From Candidatus Harrisonbacteria bacterium (GTDB lineage: Bacteria; Patescibacteriota; Minisyncoccia; UBA6257; WO2-44-18): a DNA stretch of 64,000 nucleotides. Shown here piece after piece: positions 55,350 through 64,000 of the stretch. The translations under genes were made by a program, and so were the position numbers. The stretch's first letter is position 1. Each line of letters starts with the position of its first letter. Below the pieces are notes generated by a model, which saw only the letters and a program-made list of their open reading frames with translations, did not search any database and was not told the DNA's origin. The DNA is taken from assembly GCA_016182295.1 (NCBI GenBank), contig JACOXP010000005.1, positions 4,926-68,925 on the forward strand, in the 5' to 3' direction.

Positions 55350-55848
55350 TGAATATTTCTTTAATTTGTTTTAACCCTCGGTGCAATCTTACGGAAATGT
55401 TATTCTCGCTTTCTCCGGTTATTTCAGAAATCTCTTTCGGAGTCAGATCGTCAATATATTTCATCAAAACAACGTCTCGATATTTCGGATCCAATTTTTC
55501 GATAATTTTTAATATTCCCGCGGCTTCCGTATTCGCGATTATTCGTGAATCCGCGTTGGCGCTCATAACATCAAAACCGTTTTCTTCCCGCATTTTATCA
55601 AGCGAAACGGGTTTTTTACGGCGCGATTCATCAATGATTAAATTGTTGGCCACTTTATATAAAAAGGCTCTGGCGTTGCTGAATTTTCCTCCACGAGCGG
55701 CGTATTCCAGAGTTTTGGTAAAAGTTTCCTGAGTTAACTCTTTAGCCCGTTCCCGATCGAAAATTCTAAAATAGCAATGCCGAAAAATGGCATCCGCAAA
55801 TTCATCGTAAACCTTCATAAATTGAGTGTTTGCGTCCAATGGGTCCAT
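55342..55848 (-). CDS. ECF RNA polymerase sigma factor
   Basis: AKELTQETF, AFLYKVANNLIIDESRRK and TPKEISEITGESENNISVRLHRG. Confidence 0.95.
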   Translation of the reverse strand: MDPLDANTQFMKVYDEFADAIFRHCYFRIFDRERAKELTQETFTKTLEYAARGGKFSNARAFLYKVANNLIIDESRRKKPVSLDKMREENGFDVMSANADSRIIANTEAAGILKIIEKLDPKYRDVVLMKYIDDLTPKEISEITGESENNISVRLHRGLKQIKEIFNE

Positions 55849-55935
55849 CCTATCTGACGTAATAATTAACCTGATCTTACGTCGTAAATCAAGGCATTAA
55901 ATATAACCCATATGGGCAATAAATTATACCCCGTA

Positions 55936-55964
55936 TTGACATAAAAATTCTGTTGTATTATAAT
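55936..55964 (+). promoter_or_regulatory. Consensus sigma70 promoter (probably a leaderless transcript)
   Basis: TTGACA-17 nt-TATAAT, with ATG 7 nt downstream and no SD. Confidence 0.8.
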
Positions 55965-55971
55965 ATCTCCT

Positions 55972-57207
55972 ATGAAAAAAGTTGTTATCTGGGGCGTGTT
56001 TTTGGGCTTTGTTGCGGGGAATTTAGTTTTTATTGGTATTTCTGAAGCTAATTTTGGCTTTGGAAATCCTCCTACCTGGGTCAGTAACCAGCCCACTTAC
56101 TTTACAGTTCGCAGCGGCGACACTCTGCAATTCGAAGTTAAAGCCGTTGATTCTAATAATAAAACAATTACTTACGGAGTTGATCGGCTTCCGTTTGGAG
56201 CTACCCTTGAAAAATCCAGTGGCGCTTTTAAATGGACTCCCTCCACCGGCCAAATCGGTAACCATTATATGCAATTTAACGCCACCAATGGCGAGGGTTT
56301 CACTTACATTACCATCAGCATTTCGGTAATTAAGGCGTCTCCTGATACCAGCTCAACTCAGGTTACTATCACTCCAAGCGTTACTCCGGTCCCCAATTAC
56401 AACAGCGCGCCGTTTTTCGTCGGATTTAACCCGTCAACTATCGGGCAGGTTAATCAGCTTTATACTTTTGACGTAAACGCCAGTGACGTTAACAACGATT
56501 TTCTTACTTATCTTTTGCTGACTTCTCCGAACGGAATGTTTATAAATCGAACCACTGGCTATATCGCCTGGGTTCCTGTCACGGAACAAGTCGGTTTGAA
56601 CACTGTTACCGTCGGGGTTTCTGATGGGAAAACCACTACTTCCCAAAGTTATCAAGTTCAGGTTTCCGCCGCGGAAATTTTACCGCCTCCCCCGGTCGTA
56701 ACTATTACACCCCCCGTTTCTTCTCCGATTAATGAACGGCCAGCTGAAACTAAATTAATAATTTCCAATTTAAAAATTGAAAGCGGTGAAAACGGCGAAG
56801 TCATTGTTTCTTGGACAACTAATATTCCGTCTCGCGAGCGAGTAATTTGGGGCAAAGAATCTCAAACGGATCGCGCCAATAATATCTATAATTACCAAAA
56901 CGCCACCCAGGAATCTACTTCTCTCGCCACCGAACATCGAGTAAACATCGGCGCGATCGATCAGGAAATAATTTATTATCTTCGCGCGGTAGCTAAAACT
57001 GATCGGCAAATCGCCATCAGTCGGGAAATCGCTTTTGTTCAGTTGGATGAAGGCCGCGTCGTGGGAAATTTTGGAGTCGCCAATCTTTTCGCCTTTCTTG
57101 GAGATCTAATCGCCAGTCCGCTTTTCCTTTTCTTGCTGGTTCTGGCTTTGATAATAATGGTCTATCTCCAGAAACGGAAAATTAAACGCTTAAACTCTCC
57201 CCTCTAA
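55972..57207 (+). CDS. Cell-surface protein with Ig/cadherin-like (He_PIG) and Fn3-like domains, C-terminal TM anchor
   Basis: Signal peptide; LPFGATL..SSGAFKWTP and PNGMFIN.TTGYIAWVP; Pro/Thr linkers; VSWTTN; TM helix and basic tail. Confidence 0.85.
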   Translation: MKKVVIWGVFLGFVAGNLVFIGISEANFGFGNPPTWVSNQPTYFTVRSGDTLQFEVKAVDSNNKTITYGVDRLPFGATLEKSSGAFKWTPSTGQIGNHYMQFNATNGEGFTYITISISVIKASPDTSSTQVTITPSVTPVPNYNSAPFFVGFNPSTIGQVNQLYTFDVNASDVNNDFLTYLLLTSPNGMFINRTTGYIAWVPVTEQVGLNTVTVGVSDGKTTTSQSYQVQVSAAEILPPPPVVTITPPVSSPINERPAETKLIISNLKIESGENGEVIVSWTTNIPSRERVIWGKESQTDRANNIYNYQNATQESTSLATEHRVNIGAIDQEIIYYLRAVAKTDRQIAISREIAFVQLDEGRVVGNFGVANLFAFLGDLIASPLFLFLLVLALIIMVYLQKRKIKRLNSPL

Positions 57208-57211
57208 CGCG

Positions 57212-57245
57212 TTAAAACTCCCGTCTTGCTAGACGGGAGTTTTAA
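57212..57245 (+). terminator. Intrinsic terminator
   Basis: TTAAAACTCCCGTC-6 nt-GACGGGAGTTTTAA. Confidence 0.8.
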
Positions 57246-57264
57246 TTTACAATTAGAAAGACCG

Positions 57265-58518
57265 GTGCTTAAAAAAGTTGAGATTAAAAAACAAATAAAA
57301 CCAGGCGAATTTCTTAAATTCGTTCCCCCGCGACAAAAGACGGAGCTTTTGCGAGCCGTCAAAAAAATGCGCGGCAAAAGAGTGGTTCATATAAACGCCA
57401 CCAGCGTTGGCGGTGGCGTGGCCGAGCTTCTCCAAAGTTTGATTCCCTATCTTCGCTCTCTGGGCATCCAAAGTGATTGGTACGTTATTGACCCAAAAGC
57501 CGGCAGCAAATTTTTTACCACCACTAATAAAATCCATAACGCGCTTCAGGGAGCGGCCATTAAATTTTCCAAAAGTGAGTGGTCAAATTACGAAAGAGTA
57601 AATCGTCTCATTGCCGAGGATTTGGAAAAAATCGACTGCGACGTAATTGTGATTAACGATCCCCAGCCACTTCTTTCCGGATTTCTTGCTCATCGCAATA
57701 AACACAAAATTTATTTTAGCCATATTGACACTTCTTCCGCCTATCCCCGCGCTTGGAAGAAAGTGGAGCCGATTATCAGCAGTTATCACCGAATTGTTTT
57801 CAGCAATCGGGATTTCGTTCACGGCAGTTTACCGAAACAACGAATTAAAGTTTTTACTCCGGCGATCGATCCGCTCGCTCCAAAACAAACTATTGTCCCG
57901 AAAAACAAAGCCCGCGCTTATCTTAAAAAACACGGCGGCATACCGATAAATTGCCCGTTGATAGTTCAAGTATCACGATTTGATATTTGGAAAAACCCCC
58001 TGGGTGTTATTCAGGCCTTCCGTTTGGTTCAGCAAACTTATCCGGAAGCTCGCTTAGCTCTCGTTGGCTTCAACGAAGCTAAGGATAATCCGGCGGCGGA
58101 AGCGGTTTATAAAGACATTGAGGCGGTGGCGAAAAAAGACCCGAAAAGTTTTTTATTTTTTAATCCTAAAGGAAAAAACGTCTCTGAATTTACAGTTATG
58201 GCGCAGAATGCCGCCGATGTTATGGTGCAAAATTCCACCAAAGAGGGTTTTGGATTAGTAGTTTCGGAAGCGATGTGGAAACGCCAGCCGGTAATCGGCG
58301 GACCGGCTTCCGGAGTGCGAGCGCAGGTTAAAAACGGAAAAAACGGATTTATTGTAAAAACTCCGGAACAGTTGGCTCAAAAAATAATTTGGATGCTTAG
58401 GAATCCGGTCGCTAAAAAGAGGATGGGTGAAACCGCTCGTAGAGTTGTGGCCGAGCAATTTCTTTTTCCAAGATTGTTACTTGACCACCTTAAGCTTTAT
58501 CAATCCTGCCTGCGGTAA
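57265..58518 (+). CDS. treT: TreT-like trehalose glycosyltransferring synthase (GT4)
   Basis: HINATSVGGGVAELL, IHNALQG, QVSRFDIWKNP and EGFGLVVSEAMWK. Start set at GTG 57265 because the track start lies inside the terminator. Confidence 0.85.
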   Translation: MLKKVEIKKQIKPGEFLKFVPPRQKTELLRAVKKMRGKRVVHINATSVGGGVAELLQSLIPYLRSLGIQSDWYVIDPKAGSKFFTTTNKIHNALQGAAIKFSKSEWSNYERVNRLIAEDLEKIDCDVIVINDPQPLLSGFLAHRNKHKIYFSHIDTSSAYPRAWKKVEPIISSYHRIVFSNRDFVHGSLPKQRIKVFTPAIDPLAPKQTIVPKNKARAYLKKHGGIPINCPLIVQVSRFDIWKNPLGVIQAFRLVQQTYPEARLALVGFNEAKDNPAAEAVYKDIEAVAKKDPKSFLFFNPKGKNVSEFTVMAQNAADVMVQNSTKEGFGLVVSEAMWKRQPVIGGPASGVRAQVKNGKNGFIVKTPEQLAQKIIWMLRNPVAKKRMGETARRVVAEQFLFPRLLLDHLKLYQSCLR

Positions 58519-58542
58519 TTTTAATTTTGCTATAATTGGCCT

Positions 58543-59010
58543 ATGGCAGAAAATCCTCCTTCGCCGACCGAAAAAAAGACCAAAGAAGTGGTAGAAAAGG
58601 CGGCTGAGAAACTCCAAATTCCGTTGCCAACCGGCCGCGGCCCGCTGATTTTAAAATTAATAGCTCTTTTGAATTTGGCCGGCGGCCTTGGCATCACCGG
58701 CAGCGTACTTGCCGACGTGGCAACTACCGAAATGGTTAATATAGTCGTTTATCTAGTTCGCCTGCTAGTCGGTCTTTTAGCGATAGCGGTCGCTTACGGA
58801 ATTATCCAGAAAAAGCTTTGGTCACCCTGGCTTTACGCGGGCGTTGTTTTGATTGGTTTATTCACCAATCCGCTTTTAGCCATCGTTCCAGCGATAGTAA
58901 CAATCTATATTTTTACTCAACGAGATTACTTCGGACTCCCACCGTTTAAAGAACAGGTGGCGCGAATTCAAAGATGGATTAAAAATCTCTTTTCTAGTAA
59001 AGGGCTTTGA
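58543..59010 (+). CDS. Membrane hypothetical protein
   Basis: About 4 TM helices; TGCTATAAT 6 nt before ATG. Confidence 0.75.
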   Translation: MAENPPSPTEKKTKEVVEKAAEKLQIPLPTGRGPLILKLIALLNLAGGLGITGSVLADVATTEMVNIVVYLVRLLVGLLAIAVAYGIIQKKLWSPWLYAGVVLIGLFTNPLLAIVPAIVTIYIFTQRDYFGLPPFKEQVARIQRWIKNLFSSKGL

Positions 59011-59767
59011 TTCCGGCTATATCTCCGGCGTTAAGGTCCCGCTTTTTAATTTCTCCTTCGGAAGCAAAACGAAACATGGTTTCTTCGACACAAGAGTCGG
59101 AAGGATGGCCCATTCCCGCGGCGTGGCCAACTTCGTGAACGGCAATATTAAGGAAGTCCATTTTGCCAGCAACTCCGGAAGCGTCAACGCTCCAGCTAAA
59201 ATCCACGTCGTCAAAAACCATATCCCATTCCACTAATTCTCTTTGAAACGGCGGGCCACTGAATATTCCCCAAACGATAGTGACCGCGATCGCGCCTGGA
59301 TCAGAAACATTAGCAAAAAGAAACTCATTTTTACCGTCGGGGGCGATGAAATCGGCTCCGTCAACAACACCGATGGATTCGACTCCAAAGATATCGGCGG
59401 CAACCTCTGAATCCCATGTTTCCAAAGCGGTGGAAAGAAGACTGTGAACGCTTGAACTAGCTAGTCCTTGGGTGTTAGAAGAATCAACTAAATAATCTTC
59501 GGTGAGCTTCCAATTGGCTCCTTTGGATAAATAAGCGTAACAGGTGGAACCGGCCTCGCCTCCGGGCCCCCCGGTATGATTAGGTCGGTGATGATAACCG
59601 CGTTTATAGTGGATAATTTTAAAACCCTCGACTTTTTTACCGGTTTGGCGATCGAACGCTTCGCCCAGCGGAACTATGACCGAATGGTCCACGTCCGGCT
59701 TAGCAAACGCCGGCGCTACTGAGATCGCAACCGCGACCGTAACTATTAAAGAAATTATTTTATTCAT
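58994..59767 (-). CDS. Secreted matrixin-like (M10) zinc metalloprotease
   Basis: Signal peptide; HEVGHAAGMGH, Met-turn ETM and DIAGIKALY. Confidence 0.92.
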   Translation of the reverse strand: MNKIISLIVTVAVAISVAPAFAKPDVDHSVIVPLGEAFDRQTGKKVEGFKIIHYKRGYHHRPNHTGGPGGEAGSTCYAYLSKGANWKLTEDYLVDSSNTQGLASSSVHSLLSTALETWDSEVAADIFGVESIGVVDGADFIAPDGKNEFLFANVSDPGAIAVTIVWGIFSGPPFQRELVEWDMVFDDVDFSWSVDASGVAGKMDFLNIAVHEVGHAAGMGHPSDSCVEETMFRFASEGEIKKRDLNAGDIAGIKALY

Positions 59768-59802
59768 ATTAGTAAAGATTATAGCACATCAAATAGTTGT
59801 CA

Positions 59803-59875
59803 ACCCCGCACCTATCCGAGACTCACGGCTCGTCACCTCGCCGAAGGCGGTAGTGGTCTCGGATAGGTGCGGGGT
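59803..59875. repeat. Intergenic 73-bp hairpin element (MITE/REP-like)
   Basis: Perfect 20-bp inverted repeat ACCCCGCACCTATCCGAGAC; inner CGCC-GAA-GGCG hairpin; GTCAACC overlaps both ends. Confidence 0.8.
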
Positions 59876-59892
59876 CAACCTCCGCCCATCCA

Positions 59893-60528
59893 TTAATTTG
59901 ATTTTTTAATAACGTAAATCGCTTTGCCACTGACGTAATAGCTTTCGCTGGGATCTATATAGATCGGTGGGTAGCTATCAGTTGATTCGGCAAGAAGCAT
60001 AATAATTTTATTTTTAATATCCCGAAAGAATCGTTTGATATTCGCGACATTGTCGATAATGGAGAGCACGTAATCGCCGTTTTGGGGAGTTTTCTGCCTC
60101 GGATCGACAATAACAAAATCGCCCTCTTCGATACTGCGTCCGTTGATTTTAGCTCTGTTCATGGAATTACCGAATGCTCGAATCGCGAAAAAATCGCCAA
60201 TGGCCTTAAGCCCTAAAACTTTCCTAGAAATTTTCAAATATCCCTCGATGTTTTCCTGGGCAAAGATTCTAGCCGGACCGCAATTAGCCGCGCCGATGAT
60301 AGGAACTGACACAATGGACGATCCGTCGGATTTGCCCTGTTTGAGTACCGTTATCGCCTTAGCGTCCCAATTAATCGCGATTAGGCCTTTCTTTTCCAAT
60401 TGCAAAATATGATGCTTTATTTTTTGCGGATATTTTTCACCGACCATTTTGGCAATTTTGCGAAGACTGGTTTCGGAAAAATTTATCTTGCCAAGCAATT
60501 TATAAAGTTTAAGTTGTAAATCTTTCAT
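59893..60528 (-). CDS. lexA: LexA-like repressor (HTH plus S24 peptidase)
   Basis: SLRKIAKMVG HTH; VPIIGAANCG (Cys-Gly cleavage-site position); GNSM catalytic Ser and IKRF Lys. Confidence 0.8.
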   Translation of the reverse strand: MKDLQLKLYKLLGKINFSETSLRKIAKMVGEKYPQKIKHHILQLEKKGLIAINWDAKAITVLKQGKSDGSSIVSVPIIGAANCGPARIFAQENIEGYLKISRKVLGLKAIGDFFAIRAFGNSMNRAKINGRSIEEGDFVIVDPRQKTPQNGDYVLSIIDNVANIKRFFRDIKNKIIMLLAESTDSYPPIYIDPSESYYVSGKAIYVIKKSN

Positions 60529-60568
60529 ATTTAAATTTTAGAACAGCCGTCGAGGGTGTCAAGTTTAG

Positions 60569-60577
60569 TTATCCACA
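60569..60577 (+). promoter_or_regulatory. DnaA box in the divergent lexA/isochorismatase promoter region
   Basis: Perfect TTATCCACA. Confidence 0.45.
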
Positions 60578-60651
60578 GATTCATTCACAATCATACGCTA
60601 TTGACGGGGAAAGCGCTTTCCAGAATAGTATTTTCTCTGTACAATTTATCT

Positions 60652-61338
60652 ATGCCTCAAATTCCGAAATTTCTTTTTAAAAACGACACCCGCGATGATT
60701 TGGTGATCGCCCCGGCTCTTTTCATAATTGATGCCCAAAATTGCTTTATTAGTCCCAAAGGATCATACGGAGAAATGGGATTTGAAACAAAAAAGTATGA
60801 AACCGCGGTGCCGACAATGGCTAACGCCGTCAAAAAGGCCCGCCGACTGGGAATGCCGATTTTCTTTTCAAAGGCGGTGCGGGAGGCCTCTGGCCTTGAT
60901 AATTTGGACCGAGTCCATAAAATCCTCCCCAAAGCAAGAAGAGAACGTATTCGCCGCACCCCGCTTTGTGTAAGGGGGACGTGGGACAGCGAGATAATCA
61001 AGGAAATCACCGCCGACCCCCAAAAAGATTACATAGTGGAAAAACGACGGGATTCCGCTTTTTATGGAACGGAGTTAGAGGTCTGGTTGAAAGCTCTGGG
61101 TATTGATACTTTGGTTTTTGCCGGAATAGACACCGCCATTTGCGTGGAGTCAACCCTTCGGGACGCTTTTAATGTAGGATATGACGTTATTCTTCTATCC
61201 GACGCTACCGCTTCTCTCAATACCAGCCATTACAGCGGCACTCTGGAAAAAGTCGGCGCAAATTTCGGATTGGTTATGACGACGGATGCATTTTTCGCCA
61301 AATTGAAAAAAAATGAAGATAAGAAAGGCAACGGCTAG
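60652..61338 (+). CDS. Isochorismatase-family cysteine hydrolase
   Basis: ALFIIDAQN (D), EKRRDSAFYGT (K) and GIDTAICVESTLRDA (C); start MPQIPK at 60652. Confidence 0.92.
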   Translation: MPQIPKFLFKNDTRDDLVIAPALFIIDAQNCFISPKGSYGEMGFETKKYETAVPTMANAVKKARRLGMPIFFSKAVREASGLDNLDRVHKILPKARRERIRRTPLCVRGTWDSEIIKEITADPQKDYIVEKRRDSAFYGTELEVWLKALGIDTLVFAGIDTAICVESTLRDAFNVGYDVILLSDATASLNTSHYSGTLEKVGANFGLVMTTDAFFAKLKKNEDKKGNG

Positions 61339-61771
61339 AGATACGTTGGCGATTATCGCTTTAATGAAACAATTAATCGACGAACATCGCCGATCGGATA
61401 AATACTATAAGCCGTTTTCTTTATATCGGGGATTGCCGGAATATGTCCAAAAAGCAATCCGCGACTCAAAAAAACTTTTACTCACGGCGGAAATGGATAA
61501 GAAAATTGTCGGTTACCTGCTAGTCGCCATAGAGCCGGCCCCGTTTTATTCGTCAGAGAAAAAAATCGGCGTCATCGCGGACACCGTTGTTTCTAAAAAA
61601 TATCGCCGTCAAGGTATCTTGAAAAAAATGTTTCTTCAAGCTCAAAAATGGCTTCGCGGCAAAAAAATCCGCTATTTTGAGTTATCAGTCGACGCCCGCA
61701 ATAAAAGCGCCGTAAGGTCCTGGAAAAAACTAGGGTTTTCGAACTACAAACTGCGTCTTCGCAAGGCGTAG
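61313..61771 (+). CDS. GNAT acetyltransferase
   Basis: IRKAT, VSKKYRRQGI and NKSAVRSWKKLGF. Confidence 0.9.
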   Translation: MKIRKATARDTLAIIALMKQLIDEHRRSDKYYKPFSLYRGLPEYVQKAIRDSKKLLLTAEMDKKIVGYLLVAIEPAPFYSSEKKIGVIADTVVSKKYRRQGILKKMFLQAQKWLRGKKIRYFELSVDARNKSAVRSWKKLGFSNYKLRLRKA

Positions 61772-62886
61772 CCACGCAAATGCCTGAAGGCCTTGGCTTG
61801 TCTTATAATCACTTCTTCGATCCTCGCTTGGGATAACTTGGCAACGTGGTGATAAAAAGTCATAAAACGAACAAGTAGCAAGGCTCTCAAAACCGCCAAC
61901 TCTCTTGCCTTAAGCGGTTGGTTTTTATTTAAAAATTCATAGATAATTTGGGCCCAAAGCTCCGAAGAAAGATGGAAATTCTTTCCAGAAACAATTTTTG
62001 CTCCATCAAACATTGTTTCTATTTCTTTTTTATTCGCCTTGTATTCTTTTAACGCTTCTTTTTTCATTTTTTTGTAATTAAAATAAAGTTCCGGGGGCGG
62101 CGGCAAAAGATCCGGCATATGAAAAATTTTGGTAGCTCCGGTTTTTAAGTTTCTTTTTTGCCAATAACGCCGGTTTTTCGCCAATTGGCGAAAAAGAGAA
62201 TCCGCCACTTCAATTATCATATTGTGAAGTTTCGGCGCCGACGGCTTATGGGATTTTATTCCAAGAAAAGTTTCCGCGAAACGGCAATTGCTAAAAATGC
62301 TCTGGGTAACCATATAAATATCCACGCCGTATTTATAAGCGCTCGGATACCATTTGTTTTTCAAGAAAGCTTTATAAGCTTTTGGCGAAACCGCTATTTC
62401 ACCGGCCAACGGCTGTCGAAGATTTCGCAAAAGAAGACCATAAAGAACCGGGAAAATAAAATGATTGGTAATAGCGCCGTCGAATTTATTACGAAGGTAA
62501 ACAGGTAAAACGTGATCATATCCTTTTAAAACGGGATCGATCAGCCGCTTGACCCATTCCGGCGAAGCGCTTTTAACATCCCCGTCAATAAAAGCGACCG
62601 CGCGGGCTTTATTTCTTTTAGCGTAACGAAAAACCTCCAAAAGATTAGCGCCCTTTCCTTGATGATCGTCGGATTGTTTAGCCGTGGATATATACACTTT
62701 TTTGGACTCTGTTGAGGTTTGTAAAAAAGCGCCCTTGGTATCGTCTTTTGAGCGACTGTCGGCGTTAATAATAATAGTTTCGTAATTTTTAAAATATCGG
62801 CGCAACCCTTTATCAATGATTACCGTGAGTGATTTGATATTGTCGGCCTCGTTTAAAGTAGGTATGCCAAAAACGATTTTTTGCAT
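61744..62886 (-). CDS. GT-A glycosyltransferase, glucosyl-/mannosylglycerate synthase-like
   Basis: GIPTLNEADNI, GKG, IDGD, P.Y.RNKFDGAITN, RQPLAGE and YGVDIYM. Confidence 0.82.
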   Translation of the reverse strand: MQKIVFGIPTLNEADNIKSLTVIIDKGLRRYFKNYETIIINADSRSKDDTKGAFLQTSTESKKVYISTAKQSDDHQGKGANLLEVFRYAKRNKARAVAFIDGDVKSASPEWVKRLIDPVLKGYDHVLPVYLRNKFDGAITNHFIFPVLYGLLLRNLRQPLAGEIAVSPKAYKAFLKNKWYPSAYKYGVDIYMVTQSIFSNCRFAETFLGIKSHKPSAPKLHNMIIEVADSLFRQLAKNRRYWQKRNLKTGATKIFHMPDLLPPPPELYFNYKKMKKEALKEYKANKKEIETMFDGAKIVSGKNFHLSSELWAQIIYEFLNKNQPLKARELAVLRALLLVRFMTFYHHVAKLSQARIEEVIIRQAKAFRHLRGYALRRRSL

Positions 62887-62897
62887 ATTACTTTATA

Positions 62898-62941
62898 TTA
62901 TCAAAAACCCCCGGACAAAAGACCAGGGGGGTTTTTGATAA
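62898..62941 (-). terminator. Terminator downstream of the DUF378 gene
   Basis: TTATCAAAAACCCCC...GGGGGTTTTTGATAA. Confidence 0.75.
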
Positions 62942-62952
62942 AAGGTGAACGC

Positions 62953-63165
62953 CTAGGCAGATTGCCCGCCTTTTACGCATTCCTTGCAGCGCTTTTTGTG
63001 CGAAGCAAGCTCGTAAAGAGCCGAAACGCCAACTAAAATATAGATGATTTTAGAAACGGTCGCTTCCATTCCGCCAAAAAGTTGGCCGATTTCCCAATTG
63101 AAAAGGGCTAAAACCAGCCAATTCAATCCACCGACGACTAGAAGTAAAAATGCAATTTTGTGCAT
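62953..63165 (-). CDS. DUF378 small membrane protein with C-terminal H..RCKEC
   Basis: LLVVGGLNW...IIYILVGVSALY; start MHKIAF at 63165. Confidence 0.88.
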   Translation of the reverse strand: MHKIAFLLLVVGGLNWLVLALFNWEIGQLFGGMEATVSKIIYILVGVSALYELASHKKRCKECVKGGQSA

Positions 63166-63245
63166 AGAATTTTTATATGATGTTTGGTTTTTCGACCTTT
63201 TTATCGGTTTTATATAATTATACATTGAGTTATAATTTGAACATA

Positions 63246-63944
63246 ATGACTATCCACAGGGAGAAACACATTTTGCTGGGTAGATACCTTAAAGATATCG
63301 TTTTTGCCGCCAATGACGGCATTGTGACCACTTTCGCGGTCGTCGCGGGAGTAGTTGGAGCGGCTCTTTCGCCGGTTGTTATCCTAATTATTGGTTTCGC
63401 GAGCTTAATCGCCGATGGCTTTTCAATGGCTACCGGAAATTACCTCGGCAGTAAATCGGAAAAGGAGTTTTATCTTAAAGAAGAAGCCGTAGAAAAACGG
63501 GAAATTAAGGAAATTCCGGAAAAAGAATTGGAGGAAATCAGACGCATTCTTAAGCGTAAAGGATATGATGGAAAAAATTTGGAAGAAATGGTCCGGTTGA
63601 TTTCTTCAAACGAAAAATACTGGCTGGATTTTATGATGCATGAAGAAATCGGCCTGCTTACCCCGGAAGCTTACTCGCCTTTTGTAAGCGCAACCGCGAC
63701 CTTTGTCTCATTTATAGCCGCCGGCAGTCTGCCTTTATGGCCGTATGTGATATTCGGAGGCGATTCGGTTTTTACAATATCAGCGGTGGCCACCGGAGTA
63801 ACGCTTTTTATCGTTGGCGCCTTGAGGAAATTTTTTTCCAATCGCTCCTGGTTCGCTTCGGGAGTGGAAATGCTTTTAGTCGGCGGATCCGCGGCAACGC
63901 TTGCTTATTTTGCCGGTTTTTTCTTGCAATCTCTATTAAGTTAA
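63246..63944 (+). CDS. VIT1/CCC1 family Fe2+/Mn2+ transporter
   Basis: DIVFAANDGIVTTF, DGFSMATGNYL and FMMHEEIG; start at 63246. Confidence 0.93.
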   Translation: MTIHREKHILLGRYLKDIVFAANDGIVTTFAVVAGVVGAALSPVVILIIGFASLIADGFSMATGNYLGSKSEKEFYLKEEAVEKREIKEIPEKELEEIRRILKRKGYDGKNLEEMVRLISSNEKYWLDFMMHEEIGLLTPEAYSPFVSATATFVSFIAAGSLPLWPYVIFGGDSVFTISAVATGVTLFIVGALRKFFSNRSWFASGVEMLLVGGSAATLAYFAGFFLQSLLS

Positions 63945-64000
63945 ACCGCGTTGGCAATTTTTTTCCAAGTAAAGTGTTCGTAAACCCCAGACCATAAAAA
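63941..64000 (-). CDS. 3' end of an unidentified gene entering from the right edge
   Basis: Open frame ...FLWSGVYEHFTWKKIANAV-TAA, convergent with VIT1. Confidence 0.35.
   Translation of the reverse strand, partial: FLWSGVYEHFTWKKIANAV

Noticed and set aside
46945-60577. Replication origin from DnaA boxes
   Set aside because: Only two isolated perfect boxes about 13.6 kb apart, with no cluster and no dnaA or dnaN.
1-64000. Genome-wide TGA-to-Gly recoding (code 25)
   Set aside because: Long genes are intact under code 11 and several end at TGA at their expected C-termini (rnhA, aspS, dnaB).

Overview
This is a dense, mostly housekeeping chromosomal segment, most likely from a Patescibacteria/CPR bacterium of Parcubacteria type (inferred from short aspS and pgk, split ComEC, a VirD4-like ATPase with its partner gene, GNVGIG-repeat proteins, a CysS with a HIEDTA motif and many apparently leaderless genes). 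It uses genetic code 11, since TGA ends several ordinary genes. It holds about 70 CDSs (scpAB, dnaX, rnhA, pgk, ndh, rpmA, rplI, def-fmt, sod, ftsEX, prfB, lepA, ndk, aspS, comEC, mnmA, efp, secDF, dnaK/J-grpE, cysS, dnaB, recR, rplU, an ECF sigma/anti-sigma pair, lexA-like and others), RNase P RNA and five intact tRNAs (Gln-CTG, Gln-TTG, Thr-CGT, Gly-CCC, Lys-TTT). No integrase, transposase or CRISPR array was seen. The most notable observations are: (1) a nested tRNA locus at 3923-4352, where two halves of a tRNA-Gln-like scaffold are split by a 360-nt highly paired insert that itself contains an intact tRNA-Gln(CTG); (2) a complete transcription unit at 31329-31618 whose 64-codon ORF has one in-frame TGA in a C-[TGA]-xxxx-C motif followed by a hairpin; (3) an N-terminally truncated RF2 directly behind tRNA-Thr and a GNAT gene; (4) short repeat and palindromic elements inserted in-frame in dnaK, fmt, mnmA and perhaps dnaJ; (5) a beta-barrel-like secreted protein in a presumed monoderm. 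All calls come from reading the sequence by eye; no searches were run.
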